Assembly (NCBI GenBank): GCA_034530875.2
Contig: JAVRCJ020000003.1
Location: forward strand, 64,001-128,000
Length of the DNA: 64,000 nucleotides
Direction of reading: 5' to 3'
Source: Nostoc sp. DedSLP01
GTDB taxonomy: Bacteria; Cyanobacteriota; Cyanobacteriia; Cyanobacteriales; Nostocaceae
The notes under the pieces are model-generated. The model did no database searches, was not told where the DNA came from, and saw only the letters and a program-made list of their open reading frames with translations. The translations under genes were made by a program, and so were the position numbers. Of this stretch, positions 28,701 to 38,715 are shown in pieces (the stretch's first letter is position 1; every line of letters starts with the position of its first letter).

Positions 28701-30548
28701 ATGGCGCTCATAGTTCAGAAATACGGTGGTACATCTGTCGGTTCAGTTGAACGCATTCAAGCTGTTGCACAGCGCGTTTACAAAACTGTCAAAGCTGGAA
28801 ACTCTGTGGTTGTAGTGGTTTCGGCAATGGGCAAAACCACTGATGGACTCGTCAAGCTAGCCAATGAGATTTCGCCAAATCCTAACCGCCGGGAAATGGA
28901 TATGCTGCTTTCCACCGGCGAACAAGTAACTATTGCTTTACTCAGTATGGCGTTGCAGGAACTCGGACAACCAGCAATTTCCATGACTGGCGCTCAGGTA
29001 GGAATTGTTACCGAAGCCGAATACACCCGCGCTCGCATTTTACATATTGAAACCACTCGCTTAACTCGCCACATAGAAGCAGGTAAAGTAGTCGTTGTAG
29101 CTGGTTTTCAAGGTATCGCTAGCACTGATGCCTTAGAAATTACCACTTTAGGGCGCGGCGGTTCTGACACTTCCGCAGTCGCACTCGCAGCAGCATTACA
29201 AGCTAATTTTTGTGAAATTTATACAGATGTTCCCGGTATTTTAACTACAGACCCGCGCTTAGTTCCCGAAGCTCAGTTGATGGATGCCATCACCTGCAAT
29301 GAAATGCTAGAACTAGCGAGTTTGGGAGCAAAAGTCTTGCATCCCCGCGCAGTGGAAATTGCTCGTAATTATGGCGTTCCCCTGGTAGTGAAATCGAGCT
29401 GGACAGATGACCTAGGTACTTGGGTAACATCAGCTAAACCCAAAGGGCGATCGCTCGTCAACCTCGAAATCGCCCGCCCAGTTGACCATGTAGAATTTGA
29501 CACCGACCAAGCAAGGGTTGCTTTGTTGCGCGTGCCAGACAAACCAGGTGTAGCAGCAAGTTTGTTTGGCGAAATTGCCCGCCAAAAAGTAGACGTAGAT
29601 TTAATTATTCAGTCAATTCACGAAGGTAATAGTAATGACATCGCCTTTACTGTCACTACACCAATTTTAAAACGAGCCGAAGCAGTAGCAGCAGCGATCG
29701 CTCCAGCCTTGAGGAGCAAATCTAACCCCAAATCTGACGAAGCCGAGGTAATGATAGAGCATAACATTGCCAAAGTCAGCATCGCAGGTGCAGGGATGAT
29801 TGGGCGCCCTGGTGTAGCTGCCAAGATGTTCGCCACCTTAGCCGAAGCTGGCGTCAATATACAGATGATTTCCACCAGCGAAGTCAAAGTTAGCTGCGTA
29901 GTAAATGCAGCCGAATGCGATCGCGCCGTTACTGCGCTACGTAGCGCCTTTGAAATTGAAGCAGAGGAGCAGGGGAGCATGGGAGCAGAGGAGAGTTCAT
30001 CCCCTCTGCCCCTCCGCCCCTCTGCCCCTGTAGCCAGTTTTCCTCCCGTCCGTGGCGTCGCTTTGGACTTAAACCAAGCGCGTCTTGCGATTCGCCAATT
30101 ACCAGATCGTCCAGGGATGGCGGCGAAGTTGTTTGGATTATTAGCGCAACATAACATTAGCGTTGATATGATTATCCAATCTCAGCGTTGCCGGGTAGTT
30201 GATGGCGTTCCTAGACGGGATATTGCCTTTACAGTCTCGCGGATGGATGCGGAAAATGCCAAACAGCTGCTTACCCAAGTAGCAGCAGAATTAGGATGGG
30301 GTGAAGTTGTTTTAGATAATGCGATCGCCAAAGTGAGTATTGTCGGTGCAGGTATGGTAGGACAACCAGGTGTTGCCGCTAAAATGTTTGAAGCATTAGC
30401 CCAACAAAAAATCAATATTCAAATGATTGCCACCTCAGAAATTAAAATTAGCTGTGTTGTAGCACAAGAACAAGGTGTTAAAGCTTTACAAGCTATTCAT
30501 AGCGCCTTTGGGCTAGCTGGTAGTGAAAAATTTGTAGTACCAGCGTAA
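28701..30548 (+). CDS. lysC: Aspartate kinase (cyanobacterial type, four ACT domains)
   Basis: VQKYGGTSV, VVSAMG, GRGGSDTSA and YTDVPG..DPR motifs; duplicated ACT pairs. Confidence 0.95.
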   Translation: MALIVQKYGGTSVGSVERIQAVAQRVYKTVKAGNSVVVVVSAMGKTTDGLVKLANEISPNPNRREMDMLLSTGEQVTIALLSMALQELGQPAISMTGAQVGIVTEAEYTRARILHIETTRLTRHIEAGKVVVVAGFQGIASTDALEITTLGRGGSDTSAVALAAALQANFCEIYTDVPGILTTDPRLVPEAQLMDAITCNEMLELASLGAKVLHPRAVEIARNYGVPLVVKSSWTDDLGTWVTSAKPKGRSLVNLEIARPVDHVEFDTDQARVALLRVPDKPGVAASLFGEIARQKVDVDLIIQSIHEGNSNDIAFTVTTPILKRAEAVAAAIAPALRSKSNPKSDEAEVMIEHNIAKVSIAGAGMIGRPGVAAKMFATLAEAGVNIQMISTSEVKVSCVVNAAECDRAVTALRSAFEIEAEEQGSMGAEESSSPLPLRPSAPVASFPPVRGVALDLNQARLAIRQLPDRPGMAAKLFGLLAQHNISVDMIIQSQRCRVVDGVPRRDIAFTVSRMDAENAKQLLTQVAAELGWGEVVLDNAIAKVSIVGAGMVGQPGVAAKMFEALAQQKINIQMIATSEIKISCVVAQEQGVKALQAIHSAFGLAGSEKFVVPA

Positions 30549-30560
30549 GGCAATAATTTT

Positions 30561-30610
30561 GTAATTCGTAATTCGTAATTCGTAATTAAAAATTTTTAAT
30601 TACGAATTAA
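30561..30610. terminator. Hairpin made from inverted (TAATTCG)n repeats between convergent genes
   Basis: TAATTCGTAATTAAAA / TTTTAATTACGAATTA arms. Confidence 0.5.
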
Positions 30611-30628
30611 ATAATTAATTGATTAAGT

Positions 30629-31507
30629 CTATCTATTGCCGGGATGCCATTTTTCCATCATGGTTATTATTTCAGAAATTTGCCGATCGCCACACCAAAC
30701 TAAATCAAGTTTTTTGAGTTGTTCGAGGCTGATACCGCCATCTTCGTCAGCAATTCGATAATATTCTGTATCTTCCATTGCTGCTAATAAATGTTGAAAG
30801 ATAATCGTCTCATCAAACTGAGGATTTTCCTCTGGATCGTTGAGGATTAGCATTGCTCGTTCTTGCGGTAATTCTTGCAGAGTAGTAAAAATAAACCGTG
30901 TGGGAAAGTCTACATCTTGCAATTCAGGATGACGCGAGACTAACCCAGCTACTAGCACTCCCAAGTAAGCAGCTGCTTGAGAATTACTCAATACCTGCAT
31001 CTGTTGGATAGCAATCTTGGTCAAATTACTAAAAAATGCACACCCTAACTGCTGTTCGATAGCAATAATTCGATCTTCGACTAGTAAAGGTTCTACTTGT
31101 GCTGCAAATAAAGCCTGACGTTCCTGTGGCACATGACGCTGTAAAATTTGCTTGGCGCGATCGCTTACAAGGAGTCTGCCATCAGATCCAAAGCTAAAGT
31201 CTTTGCCTGGTTCCAAACCTTCACCCAAAAGGATTTGAAAAACATTCGTTTGGGCTTTTCCTTGCATCTGTTCGTATTGTGCTTGCCCAAGAAAAATTTG
31301 GCAAAACCAACGGTGGCTCTCAGAGTCACACTCGAGCATTACCTCGTTAACAATCAAATTAGTTAACTTTTCTGCTCCCACAACTCTTTGCCAATGTACA
31401 ATCAGGCTACTAATAGCATCAATGTCACGACGACTCAGCGCGTTGAGCAATTGGCGCTTTGCAGTAGCTAGTCGATCTTTGTTTTGCCTAAATCTCTTGA
31501 TTTTCAA
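30629..31507 (-). CDS. Hypothetical protein
   Basis: 292-aa ORF with TTG start; no motif recognised. Confidence 0.7.
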   Translation of the reverse strand: MKIKRFRQNKDRLATAKRQLLNALSRRDIDAISSLIVHWQRVVGAEKLTNLIVNEVMLECDSESHRWFCQIFLGQAQYEQMQGKAQTNVFQILLGEGLEPGKDFSFGSDGRLLVSDRAKQILQRHVPQERQALFAAQVEPLLVEDRIIAIEQQLGCAFFSNLTKIAIQQMQVLSNSQAAAYLGVLVAGLVSRHPELQDVDFPTRFIFTTLQELPQERAMLILNDPEENPQFDETIIFQHLLAAMEDTEYYRIADEDGGISLEQLKKLDLVWCGDRQISEIITMMEKWHPGNR

Positions 31508-31861
31508 GCTTCTAGATGAGGTTATATTTCACCAATGCGCTATTTTTTAGCGCATTTCGGGATCGGCTGTCATGGGTGAGATTGCTGAAGAATAAAGATT
31601 AAAAGAACCAGTTAATACACTCACTTTTCGCTTATAGTCTCTTTTGATGCAAAAATATTACTTAAATCTGGTAGTATTTAACCGTATAAATTCAGTAACA
31701 TTTTGCTAAAAAAGAAAAATACTAGTAGCAATATTAGTATTGGTTAATCAATCAAATTTTATATATACAAGTTTTGGGTTCGTTATTTTCTTTTACAAAG
31801 GTTTTTTATTTTAAAATAACCAGTAATAATACGTATACTAAAATCAAATAAAATATGAAAA

Positions 31862-33937
31862 TTGATATTAATGAATAGTCATTTTCTAGATGGACGCTAC
31901 CGAATAATAAAAGTTCTAAATGATGGGGGAAAGGCAAAAACCTATCTAGCGGAAGATGCCAATTATACTACTAATCAATATACAGTCAAGCAGCTACATA
32001 CTCCTAGTAGCAATCCCCAAAGTTTAGCAATGCTGCACCGCTTGTTTGCTACTAAAGCAGCAACTTTACAACAACTCGGACAAGAACACGACCAAATCCA
32101 GAAGCTAGTCACCTGTTTTGAAGAAAATGACGAATTCTATATAGTCCAAGAATTCATCCCTGGGTTACCTCTAAGTCAAGAAATTTTACCAGGACAACCT
32201 CTCAGTGAAGAGCAAGTTATTAGTCTTTTATCAGAGATATTAGAAATTTTAGTAATTGCCCATAGCAGTGGAGTAATTCATCAAAATATTAAGCCAGCAA
32301 ACATTATTCGTCGAGATTCAGATAAAAAGCTAGTTTTAGTTGACTTTAATAGTATTAATGAAGCTATTACAAATTTAGATAATCTCGAATATGCACCTAT
32401 AGAACAAGTTAATGGTAACCTGAAATACAATAGCGATATATATGCTTTAGGTTTAGTTGCGATCGCCGCACTTCTCGGTTTCACAAACAACGACATATCT
32501 CAGTTACGAAATCAAAAAAATCGGCTGACAGGTGAAATTGTTTGGCAGCACAAAAATTTAAAAGTTAACAAAAAATTAATAAAAATTATTAATAAAATGG
32601 TGCGTTTTGATTATCGAAAGCGCTACCAGTATGCAACTGAAGTTTTAGAGGATCTGCAAAATTTAAGCACTATTAACCCTCAGCAAAAGCAGCAGCCGGA
32701 AAAATTATTCTTAGTAATAATAGGGATAATTGTAACTATTACACTAGGTGTTGTAGCTTGGTTTTTGCTACTACCAAAAACTGAAACTGACGCTCAAAAA
32801 AAATTATATCAAGAGGGAATAAATAAATATGAGGAGGGAAACTATGAAGGGGCAGTTCAAGATTTTAATCGCTTGATTGAATTAGAACCGCAAAATGCCT
32901 TGGCTTATAATAAACGGGGTGATGCTTATTATCGGTTAGGAGATTACGAGCAAGCGCAAGCAGACTCTAGTCAAGCAATTTCGCTTAATCCTCAAGATGC
33001 GAATGCTTATTATGACCGCGGATTTGCTTTGTATGAATTGGGCAAGTATAAAGAAGCGATCGCTGACTATACAAAAACGATTGAGTTAAATCTCCAGGAT
33101 GCTAATGCTTTTTATGGCAGGGGATTAGCCCGCGCTCAAATTAAAGATAATAAAGGCGCAATTGCAGATTTTAGTAAAGCGATCGCCATTAAACACGACT
33201 ATACTGATGCTTATTTACAAAGAGGTATTCTCCACCGTCGTCTCAAACTCAGACAAGCAGCAATCCAAGATTTTAATACAATAATTAAAATTAACCCTAG
33301 CGATGCGAAAGCTTTTTATCAAAGGGGTTTAACTCAAACGATTAATAAGCAAAAGGATGCAGCTATACAAGATTATTCAGATGCAATTAATATCAATCCC
33401 AAATATATAGAAGCTTATTTAAATCGTGGTGATATTTACAGCGATTTAGGACAGAATATAGCAGCTACTGAAGATTACAATAAGATTTTACAGCTAGATC
33501 CAAAATTTATTTCAGCTTACATCCACAGGGGTATTCACCGCTTTTCTTTCGGAGATTATAAAGGTGCTATTGAAGATTATACTAAAGCCTTAAAACTAGA
33601 TCCGAACGATCCAGCAGCTTACAATAACCGTGGTAACGCCTATCTCGAACTCGGAAATAAAAAAGCTGCAAATCAGGATTATTCACAAGCGATCGCCATT
33701 GATAGCAAAAATGCCTTAGCCTATTATAATCGCGGCGTAATTCGCGCCAAGCAGAAAAATAAACAAGGAGCGATCGCAGATTTCAAAAAAGCTGCAAGGC
33801 TATTCCAACAGCAAGGCGAACAAGCTAGTTATCAAGATGCCCAAAGGGAAATTGCAATTCTGCGAAACAATTCAACACTAGGAAAAGCTACTCGTCCCAA
33901 GTCTGGGAGAAGAGGAAGAAAAGGGAGTGGGGAGTAG
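31862..33937 (+). CDS. Ser/Thr kinase-like (probable pseudokinase) - TM - TPR protein
   Basis: LDGRYRIIK and VKQL retained; HQNIKPAN replaces HRD and DFN replaces DFG. One TM, then about 10 TPRs. Confidence 0.85.
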   Translation: MILMNSHFLDGRYRIIKVLNDGGKAKTYLAEDANYTTNQYTVKQLHTPSSNPQSLAMLHRLFATKAATLQQLGQEHDQIQKLVTCFEENDEFYIVQEFIPGLPLSQEILPGQPLSEEQVISLLSEILEILVIAHSSGVIHQNIKPANIIRRDSDKKLVLVDFNSINEAITNLDNLEYAPIEQVNGNLKYNSDIYALGLVAIAALLGFTNNDISQLRNQKNRLTGEIVWQHKNLKVNKKLIKIINKMVRFDYRKRYQYATEVLEDLQNLSTINPQQKQQPEKLFLVIIGIIVTITLGVVAWFLLLPKTETDAQKKLYQEGINKYEEGNYEGAVQDFNRLIELEPQNALAYNKRGDAYYRLGDYEQAQADSSQAISLNPQDANAYYDRGFALYELGKYKEAIADYTKTIELNLQDANAFYGRGLARAQIKDNKGAIADFSKAIAIKHDYTDAYLQRGILHRRLKLRQAAIQDFNTIIKINPSDAKAFYQRGLTQTINKQKDAAIQDYSDAININPKYIEAYLNRGDIYSDLGQNIAATEDYNKILQLDPKFISAYIHRGIHRFSFGDYKGAIEDYTKALKLDPNDPAAYNNRGNAYLELGNKKAANQDYSQAIAIDSKNALAYYNRGVIRAKQKNKQGAIADFKKAARLFQQQGEQASYQDAQREIAILRNNSTLGKATRPKSGRRGRKGSGE

Positions 33938-34047
33938 GGAATGGGGAATGGGGCATTAGGAGGTGTGGGAGGATGGGGAAGAAATCTTTCCCCCCACACT
34001 CCCCTTGTCTCCCCATCTCCCCATCTCCCCACTCCCTACTCCCTAAC

Positions 34048-35124
34048 TTAACGAACTGTCCCTCTCAAGGATTCAGCATCGACGGGTTTGATGAGGTAAA
34101 TCTGCAACAGATGCCCAACAATGGAGGCTATCAGAGGTAATTTTTGGAAGAACTTAACAATCTTGGGGCGGTTGCTGTTATTAATCTCTATTATTTTGAG
34201 ATTAAGGTTAGAACACTCTTCCAATCGCCAGAAAAAGTCTGGATGATTTGTATTTAATGTTAGAGGAAATGCTCGTGCAGCCGTGTTATTTGTTTCCTGA
34301 ATAACTCTAGTATTATATTCTCGCGGGTCAATGCCAATAGATTGATAAAATTTTGCCCGTTCAAATACAGTCAAAGTATGAGTAGCAAAAACACTCAACA
34401 AGAAGAACCGCACCCACAATCTAGCTTTCCAATTGTTCCATAGTTGGGGTTGCGATCGCAGCAGCGCATTGAAAAAATCTCCGTGTCGATTTTCATCCTG
34501 ACACCAACTCTCAAACTTACGAAACAGCGGATAAATTTGGTGTTCTCGATGTTCTTGCATGTGGCGATGCACTAAAATGTAACGCCAATAACCAATTTTT
34601 TCAGACAAGTAAACTGTGTAAATAATCCACTCTGGTGGGAAGAAGGTATAAGTGCGATTTTTGGTCAAATAACTTAAGTCAAGGGAAAGATTAAAATCTG
34701 CCATTGACTTATTCAGAAATCCTGCATGGCGCGCTTCATCTCGTGCCATAAAATTAAACGCTTCCGCCAAAACCGGATTCCGATTTTTCAGACGGCGCGA
34801 TAATTCTTTAAATAGCAGAAATCCCGAAAACTCTGAAGTACAAGAACGTTCCAAAAAGTCAATAAAAGCGAGGCGTGTTTCGCCATCAATACGATCCCAA
34901 CATTGCTTAAATTCGTCATCACGTACAAAATGATGCCGATTATAATCAGCCCGTAACTCCTCTACAACTGCCCGTAACTCCTCATCCTGCGCCGAAATAT
35001 CTAACTGCGCCGCGGCTTCAAAGTCAGTAGTGTAAAAGCGCGGTGTTAATAATGTTTCCTGCACAGGCGGTTTTACGCCCGGTTTGAGCAACTCTGGATC
35101 GGGAGTTTCCACAGACTTAACCAT
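34048..35124 (-). CDS. acsF: Mg-protoporphyrin IX monomethyl ester oxidative cyclase AcsF
   Basis: LLTPRFYTTDF, DYNRHHF, ERSCTSEFSG, RDEARHAGF, SEKIGYWRYI and WCQDENRHG motifs. Confidence 0.95.
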   Translation of the reverse strand: MVKSVETPDPELLKPGVKPPVQETLLTPRFYTTDFEAAAQLDISAQDEELRAVVEELRADYNRHHFVRDDEFKQCWDRIDGETRLAFIDFLERSCTSEFSGFLLFKELSRRLKNRNPVLAEAFNFMARDEARHAGFLNKSMADFNLSLDLSYLTKNRTYTFFPPEWIIYTVYLSEKIGYWRYILVHRHMQEHREHQIYPLFRKFESWCQDENRHGDFFNALLRSQPQLWNNWKARLWVRFFLLSVFATHTLTVFERAKFYQSIGIDPREYNTRVIQETNNTAARAFPLTLNTNHPDFFWRLEECSNLNLKIIEINNSNRPKIVKFFQKLPLIASIVGHLLQIYLIKPVDAESLRGTVR

Positions 35125-35627
35125 AGGAATCCTTTTATCATTTCATGCCTTACAAGTTATATAAGCATAAATAATTATTTCTAGGCATCAGTTAAATTAT
35201 TGAAAGTAAATTGTGAGAAATAAACTTAATACATCAGCTATAATTTGTGCATAATTAATTACATTTAAGCAACTTTAATAGTAGAAATACTTTAAAAAAT
35301 ACAATCTAAATACTGGTAAAAATTGAGGATAAAAAGATATTAAATTTACAAAATAATTTATAACTAAGTAATACTATGTATTCAGGTTTTTAATTGCTGA
35401 AATATAAATAAATTTTAATAACTTCATAGCTATGCAAATATTAATAGTTAAATAATTTTAGGAGAAATAAAAACAGGTGGGGTCTACATTGGCAGTGGTA
35501 CTTGCTGGATAGATTAATGCAGATCCTCACTAAACCTAGAATAACAATCTTTTAACTTTGGTACTGGCAGGCATCCACCAATGATGACTGCCGGAAAATC
35601 TTGCGCTTGAACCTCAAGGAAGCAAAA

Positions 35628-36338
35628 ATGAGTAGCAATCTAGCCGCCAAACTGCGCTCTGGAACTCAACAAGCCCACACATCAGCGGAAAACGTGGGAT
35701 TTATGAAATGTTTTCTCAAAGGAGTTGTAGATAGAGACTGCTTCGCCAAGTTCTTAAGCAACTTGTATTACATCTACAGCGAACTAGAAGCAGCTATAGC
35801 AAGCCATGTAGACCATCCTGTAATTGGTGCGGTTTATTTTCCCGAACTTAATCGTCAAGCTGCGCTCGAAAAAGACATGGTGTTCTATTATGGGGATAAT
35901 TGGAGAGAGAAAGTTACCCCTTCATCTGCTGCCCGAGACTACATTGACCGCATTCGGGAAATTTCTGCTAACGAACCGACCTTATTGCTAGGTCATGCCT
36001 ACACTCGCTACATGGGCGACCTCTCAGGGGGTCAAATGCTACAGAAAATTGCTCAATCAGCCCTCAAGCTTTCTGGTTACGAAGGTACTTCCTTCTATAA
36101 TTTTGAGTTAATTCCTGATAAAAAGGCGTTTAAAGATAAGTATCGTCAGGTATTAAATCAATTACCCATTGATGATGCTACAGCAGAACGAATTGTTGCA
36201 GAAGCAAATAATGCCTTTGGATTAAATTTACAGATGGCTCAGGAACTAGAAGCAAGTTTAATTAAAGCACTGGGTCAAGGTCTATTTAATCAGCTGACTC
36301 GTTCCCAAAACCCAGGTAGTACTGAAATTGCTATTTAG
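35628..36338 (+). CDS. ho2: Heme oxygenase (HO2 type)
   Basis: GTQQAHTSAE and HAYTRYMGDLSGGQ motifs; upstream of hemN. Start trimmed to MSSNL. Confidence 0.88.
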   Translation: MSSNLAAKLRSGTQQAHTSAENVGFMKCFLKGVVDRDCFAKFLSNLYYIYSELEAAIASHVDHPVIGAVYFPELNRQAALEKDMVFYYGDNWREKVTPSSAARDYIDRIREISANEPTLLLGHAYTRYMGDLSGGQMLQKIAQSALKLSGYEGTSFYNFELIPDKKAFKDKYRQVLNQLPIDDATAERIVAEANNAFGLNLQMAQELEASLIKALGQGLFNQLTRSQNPGSTEIAI

Positions 36339-36452
36339 TCATTAGTCATTAGTTTTCCCTTGCCTCCTCTGCCCCTCTGCCCCCCATCTCCCCATCTCCC
36401 CACCTCCCCACCTCCCCACTCCCCTCACACACACTTATTGGAAAGGAACTCA

Positions 36453-37835
36453 ATGGTTTTTCTATTACCTGGTGTTAAATTTGATTTGGATTTGATTCAA
36501 AAGTATGACACTCGCGCACCGAGATACACGAGTTATCCACCTGCTACAGAGTTAAACGAAACATTCACCCAAACTGATTTTAAAGCTGCGATCGCCGCCT
36601 CGAATCAACGCAAAACTCCTCTTTCTTTGTATTTCCACATTCCCTTTTGCCAAAGTGCTTGCTACTTCTGTGGCTGTAACACGGTAATTTCTAATAACAA
36701 GAATATTGCCAAACCTTACTTAGAGTATTTAGTTCGAGACATCAAAAATACTGCCAGCTTAATCGATTCAGAAAGAAGGGTGCTGCAAGTTCACTGGGGT
36801 GGTGGTACTCCAAATTATTTGGAACGCGACCAAGTGGAAGTTTTATGGAAAAACATCAATCGTAATTTCACCATTGACCCACAAGCTGAAATCTCAATTG
36901 AAATTAATCCCCGCTACATCGATAGAAACTACATTTTCTTTCTCAGAGAAATTGGGTTTAATCGCATTAGTTTTGGCATTCAGGATTTTAATACCCAAGT
37001 GCAAGTAGCTGTGAACCGCGTCCAACCTGAAGAAATGTTATTTGATGTCATGAGTTGGATTAAAGAAGCGAAGTTTGAAAGTGTGAATGTAGACCTGATT
37101 TATGGTTTACCTTATCAAACTCTCGAAACATTTCGGGAGACGGTGAAAAAGACTATGGAATTAGACCCCGACCGAATTGTTGTTTTTAATTTCGCTTACG
37201 TACCTTGGCTGAAACCGACGCAAAAAAATATTCCTCAAGAAGCTTTACCTCCAGCCCAAGAAAAGCTAGAAATTCTCAAAATGACCATTGAAGAATTGAC
37301 AAATAACCAATATTTATTTATTGGGATGGATCATTTTGCTAAAATTAATGACGAATTAGCGATCGCTCAACGCAATGGCACTCTCAAGCGGAATTTCCAA
37401 GGCTACACTACCCACGCTGAAACAGAACTCTTTGGTTTCGGTTCTACATCAATCAGTATGCTAGAAGATGCTTATGCTCAAAATCACAAAGAGTTAAAGG
37501 ATTATTATCAGACAATTGCAGCGGGAAATTTACCTATTAGCAAAGGCATTCAACTGACTCAAAATGACATCATCAGACGAGATGTCATCATGTCTATCAT
37601 GTCTCATTTTCAGTTGCATAAGCAAGACATTGAAAACAAATATCATATTACTTTTGATGAGTATTTCTCTGGCGAACTAGAGGCACTAAAACCACTAGAA
37701 GCTGATGGTCTGGTGAATTTATCCAAAGATCGCATCCAAGTCACAGATATCGGCAGATTACTAGTAAGAAATATTGCCGTCATCTTTGATACTCATACAA
37801 GAGCGCGAGAAGCAAAATTTTCTCGTGCTATTTAA
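36453..37835 (+). CDS. hemN: Oxygen-independent coproporphyrinogen III oxidase (radical SAM)
   Basis: PRYTSYP, HIPFCQSACYFCGC, GGGTP and RNFQGY motifs. Start trimmed to MVFLL because the upstream extension is repeat-derived. Confidence 0.95.
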   Translation: MVFLLPGVKFDLDLIQKYDTRAPRYTSYPPATELNETFTQTDFKAAIAASNQRKTPLSLYFHIPFCQSACYFCGCNTVISNNKNIAKPYLEYLVRDIKNTASLIDSERRVLQVHWGGGTPNYLERDQVEVLWKNINRNFTIDPQAEISIEINPRYIDRNYIFFLREIGFNRISFGIQDFNTQVQVAVNRVQPEEMLFDVMSWIKEAKFESVNVDLIYGLPYQTLETFRETVKKTMELDPDRIVVFNFAYVPWLKPTQKNIPQEALPPAQEKLEILKMTIEELTNNQYLFIGMDHFAKINDELAIAQRNGTLKRNFQGYTTHAETELFGFGSTSISMLEDAYAQNHKELKDYYQTIAAGNLPISKGIQLTQNDIIRRDVIMSIMSHFQLHKQDIENKYHITFDEYFSGELEALKPLEADGLVNLSKDRIQVTDIGRLLVRNIAVIFDTHTRAREAKFSRAI

Positions 37836-38288
37836 CGTAGCTACAAAGCTATTGCAATTTTATTTCTAATATTTACCAAACTGAAGATTCCTAAATTTTT
37901 TAAAAATTGGGAATCTAATACTATTTTCATAAAACATAATTTTTAGCCAAAAGCCAGAACTATGGAATTTAGTTTTGGTTTTTTGATTTATCTCCATAAA
38001 GATAGACAAAATAATTATTTCTTCAGATAGATACAAAAGAACCCAAATTATTTGTAGATAAATCAATATTTATACATTAATTGTATATGTATTGATAATA
38101 GTTGAAATTTCGATACAATGATTTTTTATTCGCAACTAATTACAAATCAGAATTTACCTAAAATCTCATAGATATAGTCTATTTGATCTAACTTTTGGAT
38201 TTAGCATTTATCCCATCTGATAGAAAGAATTGTGAAGAATAGTTGATAACTTAGATACAAGTCAGAATTGATGAGGTAATTATCGATT

Positions 38289-38564
38289 ATGAGTATTATT
38301 GCTTGGGTAGTTTTAGGACTTTTAGCAGGTGCAATCGCTAAAGCTATTTATCCTGGTTATCAAGGTGGTGGCATTCTTTCAACAATGATTTTAGGTATCG
38401 TTGGTGCGTTCATTGGTGGAAGTTTATTTACATTGCTAAGAACAGGAACTCTGCAAATTACCTCAGCTGGCGCTGGCTTAACTATTCCTGGCATTTTAGT
38501 AGCTGTCCTTGGTGCAATTATTGCTATCTATCTGTGGGGCTTAATCAGAAGAAGTAATGCATAA
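38289..38564 (+). CDS. GlsB/YeaQ/YmgE family stress membrane protein
   Basis: AWVVLGLLAGAIAKAIYPG and LGIVGAFIGG motifs. Confidence 0.88.
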   Translation: MSIIAWVVLGLLAGAIAKAIYPGYQGGGILSTMILGIVGAFIGGSLFTLLRTGTLQITSAGAGLTIPGILVAVLGAIIAIYLWGLIRRSNA

Positions 38565-38715
38565 TTGCTATTCGGCAGTTATCGATCCTGAAATGAATAC
38601 TGGTCTTCATTCGTTTTTTATTTTCCATTTGAGAAAGTGATAAAAATGGAAAACGCTACGAACGAGTAAACCAGTATATAGATGTTATCAAATTGTTTTT
38701 TGGAAGTGTAAATCT

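Noticed and set aside
29618..30415. Long antisense ORFs inside lysC (and similar ones inside yvcK, actP, hisZ)
   Set aside because: Shadow frames of well-supported genes, with no independent motifs.
36360..36452. Pro-rich N-terminal extension of HemN (similar extensions on RuvC, WD40, CysQ, RsmI)
   Set aside because: Derived from upstream repeats or longest-ORF calling; conserved starts lie downstream.
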